Shown here piece by piece: positions 26,201-41,200 of a stretch of DNA of 64,000 nt. Position 1 is the first letter of the stretch; each line of letters opens with the position of its first letter. The stretch is from Rhina ancylostomus (lineage: Eukaryota). Position numbers and translations under genes: made by a program. Below the pieces are notes generated by a model. The model did not search any database. It saw only the letters and a program-made list of their open reading frames with translations, and was not told the DNA's origin. Location: NCBI GenBank assembly GCA_030265395.1, contig JARFYF010000061.1, positions 22,382,369 to 22,446,368 of the forward strand. The letters are read 5' to 3'.

Positions 26201-29200
26201 TTCTCTGATATAAGGCAATGACAATGTGAATTGTAAAGAGAATGCAGAGAGATTTCATGAGCATACAGACAGGCTATGTAAATAGTCAAGGACATGGCAA
26301 ATGGAATGTAATTTTTTTTAAAAACGTAAAACCATCCACTTTGAACAAGTAGAAAACCAGAGTTTTTGTTTAAATGGTGAGAAGTTGAGGTGTTGATACT
26401 CTAGGAAACATTGGTGTCCTTAAATACAAATCACTGAAAGGTAATATACGGTTACAACAAATGAAAATAAAAGTTGGAGATGGTAGAAATCAGAAATAAA
26501 AACAGGTCAGGTAGCATCTGTGGAAAGAGAAACAGTTAACGTTTCAGGTCAAAGACCATCAAGCCATTAGATGTGAACAATGTTGGCCTTTGTTAGAAGA
26601 GAATTTGAGGAAAAGAGTAAAGAGATCTTAATTATATAGGGCACTGGTAAAGCCATATGCGGAACTGTGTGTTCGGGTCTGGTCTCACTCCTCAAAGGAA
26701 GGATATGCTTGCAATAGGAGTACAACAACGGTCCACCAGATTTATTCCTGGGTGGACTGTCCAGTGAGGAGAGATTAGTCAAATTATGGCCATATTGTAT
26801 AGAATTTCAAAGGAGAGATGATCTTGTTTAAATGTACAGAATTCTTAAGGTACATGACAGGTAGCAGCTATTTCCCTTGCTGGGGTCAGACATTCAGGAC
26901 TGAGATAAGAAGAAATTTCTTCACCCAGAGGGTGATGGATCTTTGGAATTCTCTACTGTGGAGGCTTAGTGGCTGAGAATATTCAAGATATCAACAGATT
27001 TTTGGACACTTAGGGAATCAAGGGATGTAGGGTTAGTGCAAGAAAGTGGTGTTGAGGGAAATGATAAGTCACAATATTATTACCCTGTGCAGGTGTAATT
27101 GGCTGTTCAGTACTGTGTGATTCTGTTGGGAAATATGTGGTTGTTGATGTAGGAAATGTTGCGGACTTGGATTGGCAACCACTTGTGAGCACTTTGCACT
27201 TAAGTATTCCAAGGCAATAAAGATAATAATATCATTTTTCAGACTCATTCTGTGTTAACTGATTAAGGCAAAACTTGATTGCAGACTTCTCACAGGTCTT
27301 CACCCCTCCCTACTGCAGTCAGCTCATCCAGTCCTTCACCCCTTCACATCTGTGCTCTGCTAATGCTGGCTTCTTCTTCAACTCTTAAATTAATCTCCCC
27401 ACCATTTGTGCCATGCTTTCAATCGCCAACGTTGCTAGTTCTAGAATTTTTTCCCTCAACCTTAATGCCTCTTACCTCTTTCATCTTTGAAAAGATTCCA
27501 TAAAACCTAGTATGACATGCTTCTGGTCATCCATTCCAGTATTTCCTTGAGTAACTATAGGTAACTTCTGGTTTGATACTGCTCCTGTTTTACACCTTGG
27601 AATTTTTACTGCATTTAATGTGCTATTCGAATCAAGGTTGTTGTTAAGCACAGTTTATTTTATCCAGATCCTTGGAAAAACACATTGTGATGCAGAATTG
27701 TACCTCTTCATTCAAATGTTTACCCCTTCGTGACCACTCAAACTTGTGTGAAAATTATGATTTTATTTAATTAAAATGGCAGATACTGGAAACAGGTTAG
27801 GCAGCATCCATGGAGTTAACATTTCAGGTCTATCCGTCTTCCATCTGTAACATTACCTCTGTTTCTCTTTCCACAACTGCTGCCTGACTTGAGTGTTTCT
27901 ATCATTTTGATTTTGTCAGATTTCCAGCATCTGCAATTTTTCTGGTTTTCATTTAATCAATGTGGGGATAATGCAGTACTGTAGGTTTGGGGAAATCCTT
28001 TTGTTACCAGCTGAAGAATTCTGGTGATTATCAAAAGAAGGAACATCATTTTGCACAGTGACTGATGTCCTCCAATCATAATACAGATCCTAAACCATTA
28101 GGACCATGGTCAGCATTGCCATAGGATAATATAAGACAAGCAACTTCAAATCCAGTGTATAGCAATTGGACTGGACTTTGGAATCACTATCTTATGCATT
28201 TCTTTCTATTTCTCTTAGCAAACTTTTTGGAGTAATGACTTTGAAGTATTTTTTCTGTTAATAATATTGTGAACTTGGCTTATTGCTGAAATCAGTACAG
28301 ATCAGTTAGGTATGTGAAAGTTCTAATGTTGCTGCATTTCATTAGCTTGTTGAATATTAAGTCTTGATTTTTATTCTGCAGAGATGTTGTTTCCAGATGT
28401 TGCCAAACTATTGGTAAAATTACTCAGCCTAAAATTTGTCCTTCATTTGGCGCTCAGCTTGGAACCAACTGTTGGGAGATTCTGTTCTTTGACTTCAAGT
28501 TTAAAAAGAACCATACCACTGTTTTTAATTTTTTTTTCTTGATACATGACTCTCATTATTTCCATCAGTGACTTCTCACTCAGAAACCCTTGTATGTGGT
28601 TTTAATTGCCCATTATTCAGGTAACTTATGGTGAGAACTGATGCAGATGAGAAAATGTCCTTTCCTGTATCTTTGCATAAGCTTCCTTGATTTTAAAAGA
28701 TTTGTGGAAAAAAATTGCAACCACATAGATTTAGCACTTGGATATTAACCAACAGCTCTACCAGCAGCACAGTGGCTCAGCTGCAAGAGTTCCTGCCTCA
28801 CAGCACCTTGGACATGAGTTCAATCCTGACCTCTGGCCCTATCTGTGTGGAATTTACATGTTCCTTCTGTGACCATGGGGTTTCCTCCCAAATCCTGAGA
28901 CTGTAAGTTGGTAGGTTAACTAGCCACTGTAAATAGCCCCCCAGTGTGCAGAAGAGTAGTAGATCTGGGGGTGTGGATGGAAATGTGTGAAGAATTAAAA
29001 CAGTATTAATGCAGGATTAGAATACATAGGGGTTTGAAAGTCAGTGCAGAATCAATGGGCTGCATCTCACTGATTCTATAACATAAAATAGTAAATATTT
29101 GCTTCAACTGACTAACATTTTGGCTGGACTTTGACCCAGAGACTTGTTGGTTCATCTCTGCCTTCAAAGAGTTCACACAATTTCCAAAAGATGAATTGAG

Positions 29201-32200
29201 ATCATCTTTTAAATTTAAGAGTTTAGGAGAAAGGTATCAGGAAAGTATTTAAATCTATGCATCTCTGGCTCAGAGCTGGCAATCACAATTACCTACAAAT
29301 AAAATGTTCAATATCCCTGCACTGAGTTAAATGTTTTGGCCCCTCCCAAAGTCAGCTGGCCTGTGCAACTGTAAATCAGCACCAGTGGGAATGCTTCCTG
29401 TGAGTAAATTTGGTTTTAAGCCCTTATGTGGCAATAAAAGAAGCCAACACCATGATAAAATGTAAACAGCCAAGTAATATAAATACATTACATAAATTGA
29501 TCCCAAAGCAGAAATACTTGTAACTACTGAGCCAATCTTTCTCTTCAGAAAGAGCTGTGTCCTGAACTGCAGCTCTATAGGCACTGGTTGTATGCCAGTG
29601 TCTGTTCTTCCCATGAACAATTGAATCCAATCATGTTCTCATCCAACAATGCATTTATATGGCACTGTTGAAAGCAATCTGAGATATCACAGTAAACCAA
29701 TTAAAGGCGATGTTAGGAAGGTGGCCAAAAGCTTGGTCAACCTGATCAGTTTTAAAGAAACCTGTGGAAATGATCATTGAGAGGCTTGGGTCAAAAATTC
29801 CAGAATTTGGGACCTAATAATCCAAGAGTACATTTGCCCATTTGTGGTTGCAAGAGAATGTCTTGGGTATTGGTTTATTATTGTCACTTGTACCAAGGTA
29901 CAGTGAAAAACTTGTCTTGCATACTGATCAATTCATACAGGTCAATTCATAACACAGTGCAGTTACATTGAGCTGGTACGGAATTTAAGTTTAAAAGTGT
30001 AGAACAATTATAGTAAGGGTAATGAGTAGATCTGTAGAAAGCAGCTTGCAACAAGTCACCACTCTTCAGTGCCATCTTGCTAGTTGTCCACAAGAAGTCT
30101 TAGTTAGTGAAGTGTTAGTTGTAAACCAATGCTGCAAGTTGCTATTTCCTTAACAATATATGTTGAAAGTAGATCTGACATTATCATTTGTAGCTCATAA
30201 TATCATTGTCTTAATGTTATTATATGTATTGGTATAATGTAAACAAAATCAATTTAAATATCTCAATTTTTGTCAATTTTTGGTAAAATTGTTGCAGTTT
30301 TCTTTTTAGAAATACCATTGTGCTACAATTGCATGGGCTTTATTTTTGCTCTAAAGCCAGTCCATCATTCTTGTTTTCCAGGCTGTCCGACAGTTGCCAG
30401 GGACAAAATGACCATTAGCTGGTATTTCAAGAATGAACCCATCCATTCTGTCCCAGGACTTGAATACAAAGTACTGGCCAGGGGACGAGTCCTTGAAGTG
30501 AAAATGGCATTTGAGAGGTTGGAAGGGCAATACGAATGTCAGGCTTCAAATAAAATTCGAACAGTTTCTGCTTATGTGAATGTGAGCTTTGTAGGTATGC
30601 TAAGAATTTTATTCACTTACTGCTTTGCATCATTCACCATTTTAAATTGGAGCAACATTTGTGTGGGAGTGTGCTGGGAGAGCTAAGCCTTTTGTGAATT
30701 GCAGCAGGAAAGTTTGAACAGAGGGAGCCGTGAGAATCTGACTGTGTAACAGTTAGATGTCATGGTAGTCAACTGATCCTTCATGCAATGTAATTATGTT
30801 AGTGTTCTTGCTTCTTTATTCCCATCAGTCACAGATTATTCTCTTCATATGCCAGTCTTTTTCCATTTTATATTTGAATATTTTCCATTCACTAGACCTT
30901 GCCATTCTTGTCCTCGGGATCATTAATATGAAGTTCCCAGGTCTACTACACACTTTTTGAAATCGGAACACTGAATTAATGCAAAGGGTGTTGGGATCCT
31001 GTGCATGAACTTCATTTGGGCTCCTAAAATATTTAAACTGGGGGATTTGTAAGCACATGTTCCCAGCATCAGCTGGGATGTGCATCTCAGGGGAGCTACC
31101 CTACTCACCATCTGCTCTGCACTCGGGCTTTCAAGATTCACAAATAAGTACCCACATTTTATTTGTTTGTGGTTTCTGAGCATTATTGTCCATCCCTAAT
31201 CCCTCCTGAACTGAAGAGGGAATTAAGAGTCAACCACATCGGTGTGGCTGGAGTCACATATGGACCAAACTAGGTAAGGATGGCAAGGACATTAGTGAAC
31301 CAGATGGGTTTTTATAACAGTGCAATATTCCATTTTTCCCAATAAATTATATTTCCTTGAACTTCCAGATTTAATTACTTGAATTTAAAACCCTTGGTGC
31401 TATAATAGAATTTAAATCCCCATCTTTAGATCAGTGGTCCAGGCATCTGTTAGGCAATCAGTGACTTACCACTGTTCCCTATAATCCACAATAAATATAT
31501 TGGATAAAGAAATGTATACTGTGTATACCATATTTATAATGTCACAACAGCAATACAACAGATTCCATTCCTCCCTGTCAATGACTGTCACATACCCATG
31601 TCACATCACCCTTAAAATTGTCCATATTATGTTCATAATAGAGTAATGCTCTATTTATATTTGTAAATTAAATTAAAAATTCAGATAGGGATAGAGCCAC
31701 TATGATATGTACACTCTAAACTTACAAGTAATAAATTATTAAATAATTATTTGCATTTATATTTACCTGGGAGATTAATGTTAAGGACCTAATGTTAGAA
31801 AAAGCAATAATAAAGGGGAGATAACCGATTAACTAATTCAACACAGAATGTATCAAATCCTAGATCAAGATGCATTACATCCCTATGAACATGAGCAGTT
31901 AGGGGAAAGTCAACAATAGAAATGTATTGGCCTTTGAGGACTTACCTTAGCACACGATTATGGTTAGAACATTTGGTCATGTGAGCAAGCTGGCCACAAA
32001 ATCGAAAAGAGAGAGTTGGGGGTTTGAATGTAATTTCTCAACTTGGTAAAAGGTGGGAAGTGGTGTTCCACAATGAACAGTACCACAGCACTGTTGATCA
32101 TTTGTGATTTGGCCTTGGGTCATGGAAGGATGATTTCAAAATTTTTCAGATGGCATTAAGAGGAAGCATGAAATGGAAACAGGATTAGACCATGCACTCC

Positions 32201-35200
32201 CTTGACCCTACCCTGCCAGTCAATGGCCATCCTCTACCATCCCACCCCCCCAACCCAGTCCACCATCCTGCTGATCCCCATGGAGAAGGACTGCAACAGA
32301 TTAAAGGAAGGCATTAATATCCTTCTGGCTCATGAGACATAGAAAATAAACCAAAGTTACAGCAAGCAGTTAAGAAGGTGCTTTAACCTTTATTGCAAGC
32401 CACAGGAATAAGGATGTCTTGGTTCAATTTTAGAGGGCTTTGGTGAGTCATTGCATAGAGTACCATGTGAAGTTTTGGTCTCATATCTAAATAAGGATAT
32501 ACTTGCTTTGGTGTTCTTGAGATTGATTCTCAAAGTGAACAGGAAGGTGGGGTAGGTGGTTGTCATCTAAAGAAAAACTGAGGAAGACTGGCCTGAACTT
32601 ACTGGAGTTTTGAAGAATGAGACAGGATCTCAAGATGTCCAAGTCTCTGCAAGGGATTGGCAGGTAAATGCCGAAACACCTTCCTCAGGATGGAGAACCT
32701 AGGACTTGGGGATGTAGTCACAGTATGCGAGTCAGCACTTTTTGACTGCGGCAACAGGAAAATTCTTTACTCAGAGTTGTAGATACTTGCAAGTAAAGAT
32801 CAACACACTTTTGAAAATCAAGGCAAATGGGAATCAGGTGGGGAAAATAAGGCCGAGGATTGACCTTGATCTTATCAAAAAGTAGAAGAGGCTTGATGAG
32901 CTAACTGGCCTACTGTTCTTATGTTCTTTCTTTGACAATACTGACAATGTAAGACCCCTCAGTACTGCATTAAGGTGTCAAGTCCTGAGGTGGGTTCTGA
33001 ATCAAAACTTCAGCATTCTATATTGTCTGTTTAGAAGCTCAGAGTGCTTTCAAATAACAGGAGGGTTTGCAAAAACTGAACCAAGCTACTATTAGTTTTC
33101 TAATCAGGAAATACAAATCACATAAGAGCAATCAAAAGAAAGTAGCAACAGGCCAAAGAGGTATGAAGGAGCCAGTGGAATTGCTTTGAATCCTGGAATG
33201 ATCAAGGGTATAAGACATGGGGTGAGGAGTACAGACGAAATGATGTCCCGCTCCCATCCAGCCTGACCTGGTCAAGTCTTGTACAGCAAACCTAACAGCA
33301 AGATTGATGAAGCCAGACAATGCACTGGATGAAAAGTGGGGCCTCTAAAATGAAGACTGGTGAGAGGGAAGAGCAACAGGTCAGGTGATGGGATACCAAC
33401 TGCTGTTAAGGAAATTATTCTTTGATTGGAGTTTTGCTGCACTTTCTCTGCTTGCAACTTTTATGACCTGTCAAAAATTCCAATGACACTCAGTTACTCT
33501 GGTACCCATGCGTATATTTTCCACAGCTATAGCTGGTGAAACTTCACCATGTTCTGTGAAAATTTGGTGTCAACAGGGATTTTGAGTAATAATAAATCAA
33601 CATCACACTAACAGCCACACTGGAAGGTCCAGAAAATGGAGTGAATTGTATATTGTTCACAACAAGGTCAACAAATGCTAACTCATAAGCATTGGCATTC
33701 TGCCCTGTAAAACCTCAGCAACTCGGTCTTACTTATGTTTATGTTTCTTGTTTGTTGTTCATCTACTGAGAAATTTAAGTGCTATTTCACTATTATGTAA
33801 TTGAGAATAGATTGTTTCCCTGGGTGAAATGTGATTTTTTTTTTCAATGACACTGTCTATAAAATGGACAAATGTCAGCGAAAAGTAGGCAAGGAACTTC
33901 TAGGCTCCTGTCTTTCCAGTACAGTACACTGCTGGAAGGTGTGTTAGCAAAGTGAATTACCTGCCTTTCATATTTTGGGTACCACCACTGCTCTCCAATC
34001 TCAATCCTTTCCTTCTACCTGACCCCATAATCAGCTGACTCCTGATCCCCAAGGCTCAGACCTCCTGCCGTCAAGAATCAACACAGTCCCCAATATCTCC
34101 TGCCTTCATTTTACCTCATTTCCCCCAGTCCACCTGATTCACTCTGAATAATCAAATGGTAAAGATGGAAAATCTTCTTTTTGGTGTCGTAATTTTGTAA
34201 GCATCATTCATTAAAAGGTCAGGGTTTGAGCTGTATTATTGTCACATGTTTAAATGTCTCCATCAATTATTGTCTAACCTATGATACAGGGTCTGATGAT
34301 ACATTAATTACTCAACCTACTCAAATAGAAAGTGTTTTCATCCTTGAGTGTTATTATGTGCCCCATATAGCATTATCTCCAGTCTAATAATTGATGTTTC
34401 CCCTGGTCTCTGGTGGGAATCAATAGTGATTGAATCAAAATTCTAGCAAGGGTGTGAGTAGTGGGTGATGGAACACACAGACTTCACTTCCTGTGGCAAT
34501 GTGAGTTTCTCCCAGTTTAACTGCACCAGGGATGTGTGTGTTGGGGAATGGGATGTCACTGTTATCCATCTCAGCTACCCGAATCATGGATTTGTACAGC
34601 ACAGAAACAGGCTTTTCAGTGTACCACTTCCATGCCAGCCATCATGCCTATCTACACTTCTCCTACTTGACTGTACCAATTCCATATCCCTCGATGCCTT
34701 GCTCATTCAAGCACCAGTCCAGACATCACTTAAGTACTGTTATTGTTCCTGCCACCACCACTTCCAGATACTACTTCACACGTGAAAGATTTACCACTCA
34801 GATCCCCATTAAATCTCCTCCCTCTCACCTTAAACCTATGGCCTCTAGCTTTAAACGCCCCTACCATGGGAACAGACTCTGCCTATCTATGCCTCTCATA
34901 ATTTTATACACCTCTATCATTGTCACCTCTCAGCCCCCTTTGCTCAAGGGAAAACAGTCCCAACCGATTCTATTCTCTCCTGATAACTCAAGCCCATCAG
35001 TCCAGGCAACAACAATGACTGCAACAGACACAAGATATTGCAGATGATGGAATCTAGGCCCAAAATGTTGACAATTCCTTTCCCTCCACAGATGCTGCTT
35101 GACCCGCTGACTTCGTCCAGCAGATTGTTTGTAGCATCCTTGTGAATCTTCCATACCCTCACTCATTTAATCACACCCTTCCTGTAGTGTGGTGACGAGA

Positions 35201-38200
35201 ACTGCAAACAATACTGCAAGTGTGGCCTAACCAATGTTTTGCATAACTGTGACATGATGTCCCAACTCTTGTACTCAGTGCCTAGGCCAATGGAGGCAAG
35301 CATGCCATACATCACCTTCAGCACTCTATTTACCTGTGTTGCCACTTTCAGAGAACTTTGTACGCCGAGATCACTTTGTTCTACGACACTCCAACGAGCC
35401 CGTCATTCACTGTATATGTCCTGTCCTGGTTTAACTTTCCAAAATGCATTGCTTTGCCCTTGTCTGAGTTAAATTCCCTCTGGCATTCCTTTACCCACTT
35501 TCCCAGTTGATCAATATCCTGTTGTAATCTTGGACAACCTTCTTCACTGTCCACAATACCACCAATTTTGGTGTAATTAACAAACTTACTAATCATGCCA
35601 ATGGCATTCTCATCAAATCGTGAAAATATATAATGAACAACAGAGGGCCCAGCACCAATCATTGTGCCACATTACCAGTCACAGACTTCCAGTCTGAACA
35701 ACTACCCTCCACTACCACCCTCTGCCTCGTACCGTCAAGTCAATCTTGTATCCAATTGCCCAGCTCATCCTGGATCCCATGTGTTCTCACCTTCTGGACC
35801 AGCCAACCATGTGATGCTGCTGCAAGTGAGTTTTTCATTGCACCTGTGCATACATGTACTTGTGCATTTGACAATAAGCTTGACTTTGACTTTGATAAAC
35901 TCGACTTTGATGCAGGACCTTATCAGAGGCCTTGCTAAAATCCATGTGGACAAAGTCTACTGCCCTGCTGTCATCATTCCTGTTGGTCACCTCTTCAAAA
36001 AAAAACTCAGTCAAATTCATGAAACGTGATTTCCGACACGAAAAGCCATGCTGACTCTCACTAATCAGTCCTTGCATTTCCAAATTCAAATAAATCCTGT
36101 CTCTCGGCATCCCTTCCAATAACTTTCCCGCAACTGATATGAGGTTAACAAGCCTGTAGTTCCCTAGCTTATCCCTGCTGGCCTTCTTAAATAAAAGCAC
36201 AACATTACCTATCCTCCAGTCTTCCGGCTAATGCAGTTATAAAATTCTCTCCACGGCACCAACAATCTCATCCCTTGCATCCCATTGACACCCAAGGATA
36301 CACCTGCTAAGGCCCCAGGGACTTATCCACCTTGATGCATTTCAGGACTTCCAACATCACCTCCTTCATAAGGTTGGTGTGCTCCAGAATATCACTGATT
36401 CCGCCACTTAATTCACAAGCTTCCATGTCCTTCTCCATGGCAAATACAGTCAAGATTGCTTATTCATTCAGGGGATTAGACGTTAGTAGAAATGCCAGAT
36501 TTATCATCCATTCTTATGTGCCCATGAACTGATGAGGGACAATGATGTATCAAGAATCACATATATACAAGACTGATCAATGATGGCAGATTTCCTTCCC
36601 CAAAGGCATTTGTGAACCAATCTTTCCTTTGTGGAATCACTGACATTCACCTCAGCTCCCTGAGATGAAAAGTCAACACACCAACCCTGCTCTCCACCCA
36701 GTGCCTTGCAAATGTTTCTTTACAGTTACAATGAAAGTGAACACAGTTGAAAATGTAATCTGAATCACAATCCATTAAAAATCATTAAAGATATGTCTTG
36801 CTTATGCTTGTGTGTATAATGTCTTATAGAAGACTAAATGGCTTCTTCAGCAGCCTTTTTTCTCTTTGTATAATTTAATTCACATTAATATTTATAATTA
36901 ATTTATATGTAACATTTACATTTCTACACTTACACCAATATCTAAATCTTCAGTTTTGAAACTTGGAGTAGAGCTTCCAAGCATCTGAGAAAATGACCAC
37001 ATCATAAATATAACAATATTAATTCTAATGTTATAGTTCAACATAGAAAATATGATCAGTTATTAAATAGTTAATTAAAACAAATTTTAATGATATGCAT
37101 TAATAATTATTAATGTTAATATTGATGATATTAATTCTATAAACGTTTAAATCTTCAGATCACTGTTATTGATTGTTTTTGTGAGCAGGTTTTATGTGGG
37201 TACCTGGTGACTGGGCTGCCTGCTCAACAACCTGTGGCAACGTTGGAACCCACTGCAGAACCCTGCTCTGCCTAAATACAAATGGAATTCAGGTGAATGA
37301 GTCAGCGTGCTATGAGCTTCCTAAACCGCCTTTAGTAATTGAATCGTGCAACATGCAGGATTGTCCAGCCAGGTAAGATGGAAAAATAACATTTTTTTTC
37401 TCATTTTACACAATTATACTTCATGAGTTTACTTCTGGCCAATGAGCTCTGTTGGCTGAGTTTCATTCTCAATTATATGGCTGGGAAAAGGACTAAACAT
37501 ATCAGTTAATAATATGTAACCAAAGAGAGAGATAGTTGTCCACATCATAAAAATGAGAGTTGGAAAAGACACATGTAGGTGAATTTTGAGCCTTCCCACC
37601 TGGTACTTCTGTGAGGCAGAGAATCAATGTGAAGAAAAAAAACAGCAGGTTACAAAACTACTGAATTTAACAATGAAGCATGTCAACCCAAAATATCGAC
37701 AGTCCATTTCCCTCCGTAGATGCTGAGCCCTCTAGCTTCTTTTGTTTTCTTCCAGATTCCAGCATCTGCCATCTCTTGTGTCTCCTCTCTGTCTGGCTAC
37801 TGCCTTCCTTCCCATCCTGAGCACCTCTGAGTGATACTGTTTGCATTCTCTCCTGTGTCTTTCCCCTCAAAGTGCTCTCTGTCAACCCAGCCAGTGCTCA
37901 GGAGTCTCCCCTAAAATCTTTCTTCTGAACAACAGTAATTTTCAGACTTTGCTTTTTCAGGGTAAAATCTCACCAAACTGCGTGGGGTTTTGGAAATCCA
38001 GAAGTGAGTTGTGAACAATTCTCCAGTGTTTAAATTTGTGATTTAGAAACCATGCCCATCCTCAAAATTTCATAGAGATTTAACCCCTGCCTTACATTAC
38101 TTCAATGGTTTCCTTAAAGAAATGGTCTCCTTAAAGAAATTTTTTGAAATCTAGACAGAGCATATCTCTTTGTAATCCACATTAAAGTGCTTGCAATGCT

Positions 38201-41200
38201 TACATTTGAAATGTACAATAACTGAAGCACTCCTTTGAACTTGCATTATTAATAGCTTTTGGAATGCTTTGATTACTTCATATGATAATTAAACTAGGCA
38301 ATATTAAAGGTTTCAATGTGCAATGTACAGTTGAGTTAAATGGACAAAGTATAATGCACATTCTTAGCTGTCAACAATGACATGTGTTTAAGTGGACTTC
38401 AGTGTATGATGAGTGCCATGTTACAAATTGGCTCTCCTACAATGCCACAGGCAGGGTCATGGATTGTGGTGAACTGACATTGATGAATTAGTTCTGACAT
38501 AATGAAGAGATAACATAATGTTTGGGTATGACATGCAGAGAAATCTGGACTCTGCTTAATAACATGAGGCAGAACATCAGGCTTGCGTTGGGACAATTGC
38601 TTCTTTCAGTAAACTTCAATCTATTGGATGCAATTACATGCTCATGCAAATGTGCAAGGTCTGAATTTCAGAAGTCAGACCAGCACCGTGACAGTTTTGT
38701 CTGAACCCAGCATGGCTGAGGTAGCATTATTGGAGTGGATTTGCAGGGAAATGCTGGCGATTCCAGGTGTAACTCTCAGGATCTCCACTTGTGCAAGTGC
38801 CACCAAGTTCAAGAAGTTCACACGTAGATGCACAAACACGCAAATCCTGCCCTTCCTCGTCTGTGTTCACCAACGATTCCCAATGACATTGAAATCCAGC
38901 AGGAGAGTGCAGAGTTGTAGCTGTTCATTGTCACTTGCACTGGGTAATCCACCCAAGCAGCCTGTACAGCACAGAAACACCCTCCTCCATTCATTTATAC
39001 AGTGACTACAGAAGGGTTTGGGCAATTTACATTTTTTAAAATTATTTTTGTTTATTTTGAAATTTGCAATAGAATTGAAGTGTTTTTTAATTATTTTTCA
39101 TTCTCTTTTTAAAATTGTCTGTATGATTTTTAGTGGTTTGATACATTTTTACATTTTCCGAAATGTCATAAACATTCAAAGGCATCTTTGACAGCTGGCT
39201 TAGCCAGGAGATGGAGCTCAGTTAGCTGTCAGTGCTTGCAGTATTTTCCAAGCCACCTGGTGGATTATTGACATCCAACCAATGGACTTTTCAGGGTGGA
39301 CTGTATTTGTACTGTGTGTGTGAGCACCTGGTCTATTATCCACCTTTAGAAACAAAATAAGGTAGAGTGCTCTAACCCCCTGAGTATGATGTCTGTCAGG
39401 GTACACGAGGAGATGGTGATGAGGGGAATGGCTCTGTTTGCTACTTCTAGAATTTTGCCCTTGGTCTAGTATTGCAACTGACCACAGCAATGGCAGCCAT
39501 GTGGCAGGTGTTAGCTGCACATACCCTTGCAGATACTCTTACCACAGCTCATGCCTGCCTTGGTAATTCTGCACTTGGTAACAGCTGTGCAGTTGTCTGT
39601 AAGTGTAGGTGGTGAGTGCCACTGATGAAGGCTGGTCCCTTACTGCGGGAGACTCCTGTTGGGTAATGCATGAAGCAGAGGTCCTGAGGGCTCTTGACAG
39701 AGTGGTGGTGAAGAAAATGTATCCAGTTGTGGGAGGATCTAAGCTAAGATCTTTATTAGTCACATATACATTGAAACACACAGTGAAATGCATCTTTTTC
39801 ATAGAGTGTTCTGGGGGCATCCCACAAGTGTCACCACGCTTCCGGCGCCTGCATAGCACACCCACAACTTCCTAACCCATATGTCTTTGGAATGTGGGAA
39901 GAAACCGGAGCATCTGCAGCTAGGGGGTCACTATTTAAAAATGAGGGGTGACCCACTTAACACAGAGATGAGGCAATTCATTTTTCTCAGATGGTTTTAA
40001 GTCTCTTCCTTAGAGGTCAGTAGAAATGAAGCCTTTAACTATTCATAAAGCAGAGGGAAATGGATAATTGATAAGCAAGAAGGTGAAAGGTTATAACAGA
40101 TGGCCAGAAATGTAGACCTGAGGCTACCATCCAATGAAGGGCAGAACAGGCTTTAGGGGACAAATTACTTCCTCCTGCTTCTAAATCACATATTTCTCTG
40201 TTTATGTGTTCATATGTAGGATCCCCCACTGAAAATCCTATTGGTCCCTATATTTTGGGTACAGAAAAAGAAGTCATAACCAGGTCATTCTGTGGAAAGG
40301 CATCTGAACCACCAACAGGGGCAAAATGCTCATTAGTAGCTCAGAAAGCTGCCCACAGAAGTTACTGATGATTTCTTTAAATGCACTCCATTGCATTTCC
40401 CTCCCCAACAACCCCTTGTGGTACTTGATTACCTGAGAAGCCACCAAGCAGAGACTATTTGTGCTTCAATTAATTCAGCTGTCACACCCACGTCTGATTA
40501 GAAAATTGGATGGGATGTTGGCTGGGGCCCATCTGTACTACCAATCCACCTCTGAGTTTTCTCTGAAGATAAGATCAATTTACACTTGTCAGTAACCAAT
40601 TGCCATATTCGTCCTAATTGTAGAGAATTTGTGTGTTTAGTAACTATCAAATTGTCCCGCATTATGCAGAGCAACACAAACTGATTTGTGTCATAGAATC
40701 ATAAAATCATACAGCCCAGGAATNNNNNNNNNNNNNNNNNNNNNNNNNNNNNNNNNNGATACATATCTCTGCTAATCCCATTTGACTACATTAGGCCTGT
40801 ATTCCTCTTCACCTTTCCTATCTAAGTACCTTTTAAACATTGTAATTGTATCTGCCTCTACCACCTCCTCTGGCAGCCCATTCCAGATGGCTTCCATCAT
40901 CTGTATGAAAAACCTACCCCTGAGATCTCATTTAAATTTCTCCCCTCTCACCTAAAATCTTTAACCTCTAGTTCTGGACTCACCTAACGTGGGAAAGTGA
41001 CTCTGTCTATCTATGCCCCTCCAAATTTTATACACCTTGATAAGGTCATCCCTCAGCCTCCAATGTTCCAGTGAGAATGAACCAAGCCTATCCAATCTCT
41101 TCTTATAACTACAGCCCTCCATTCCAGGCAACATCTAGTTGAATCTCTTCTGCACTCTCGATGGCTACCACATCCTTCCTGTAGTGCGGTGAACAGAAAT

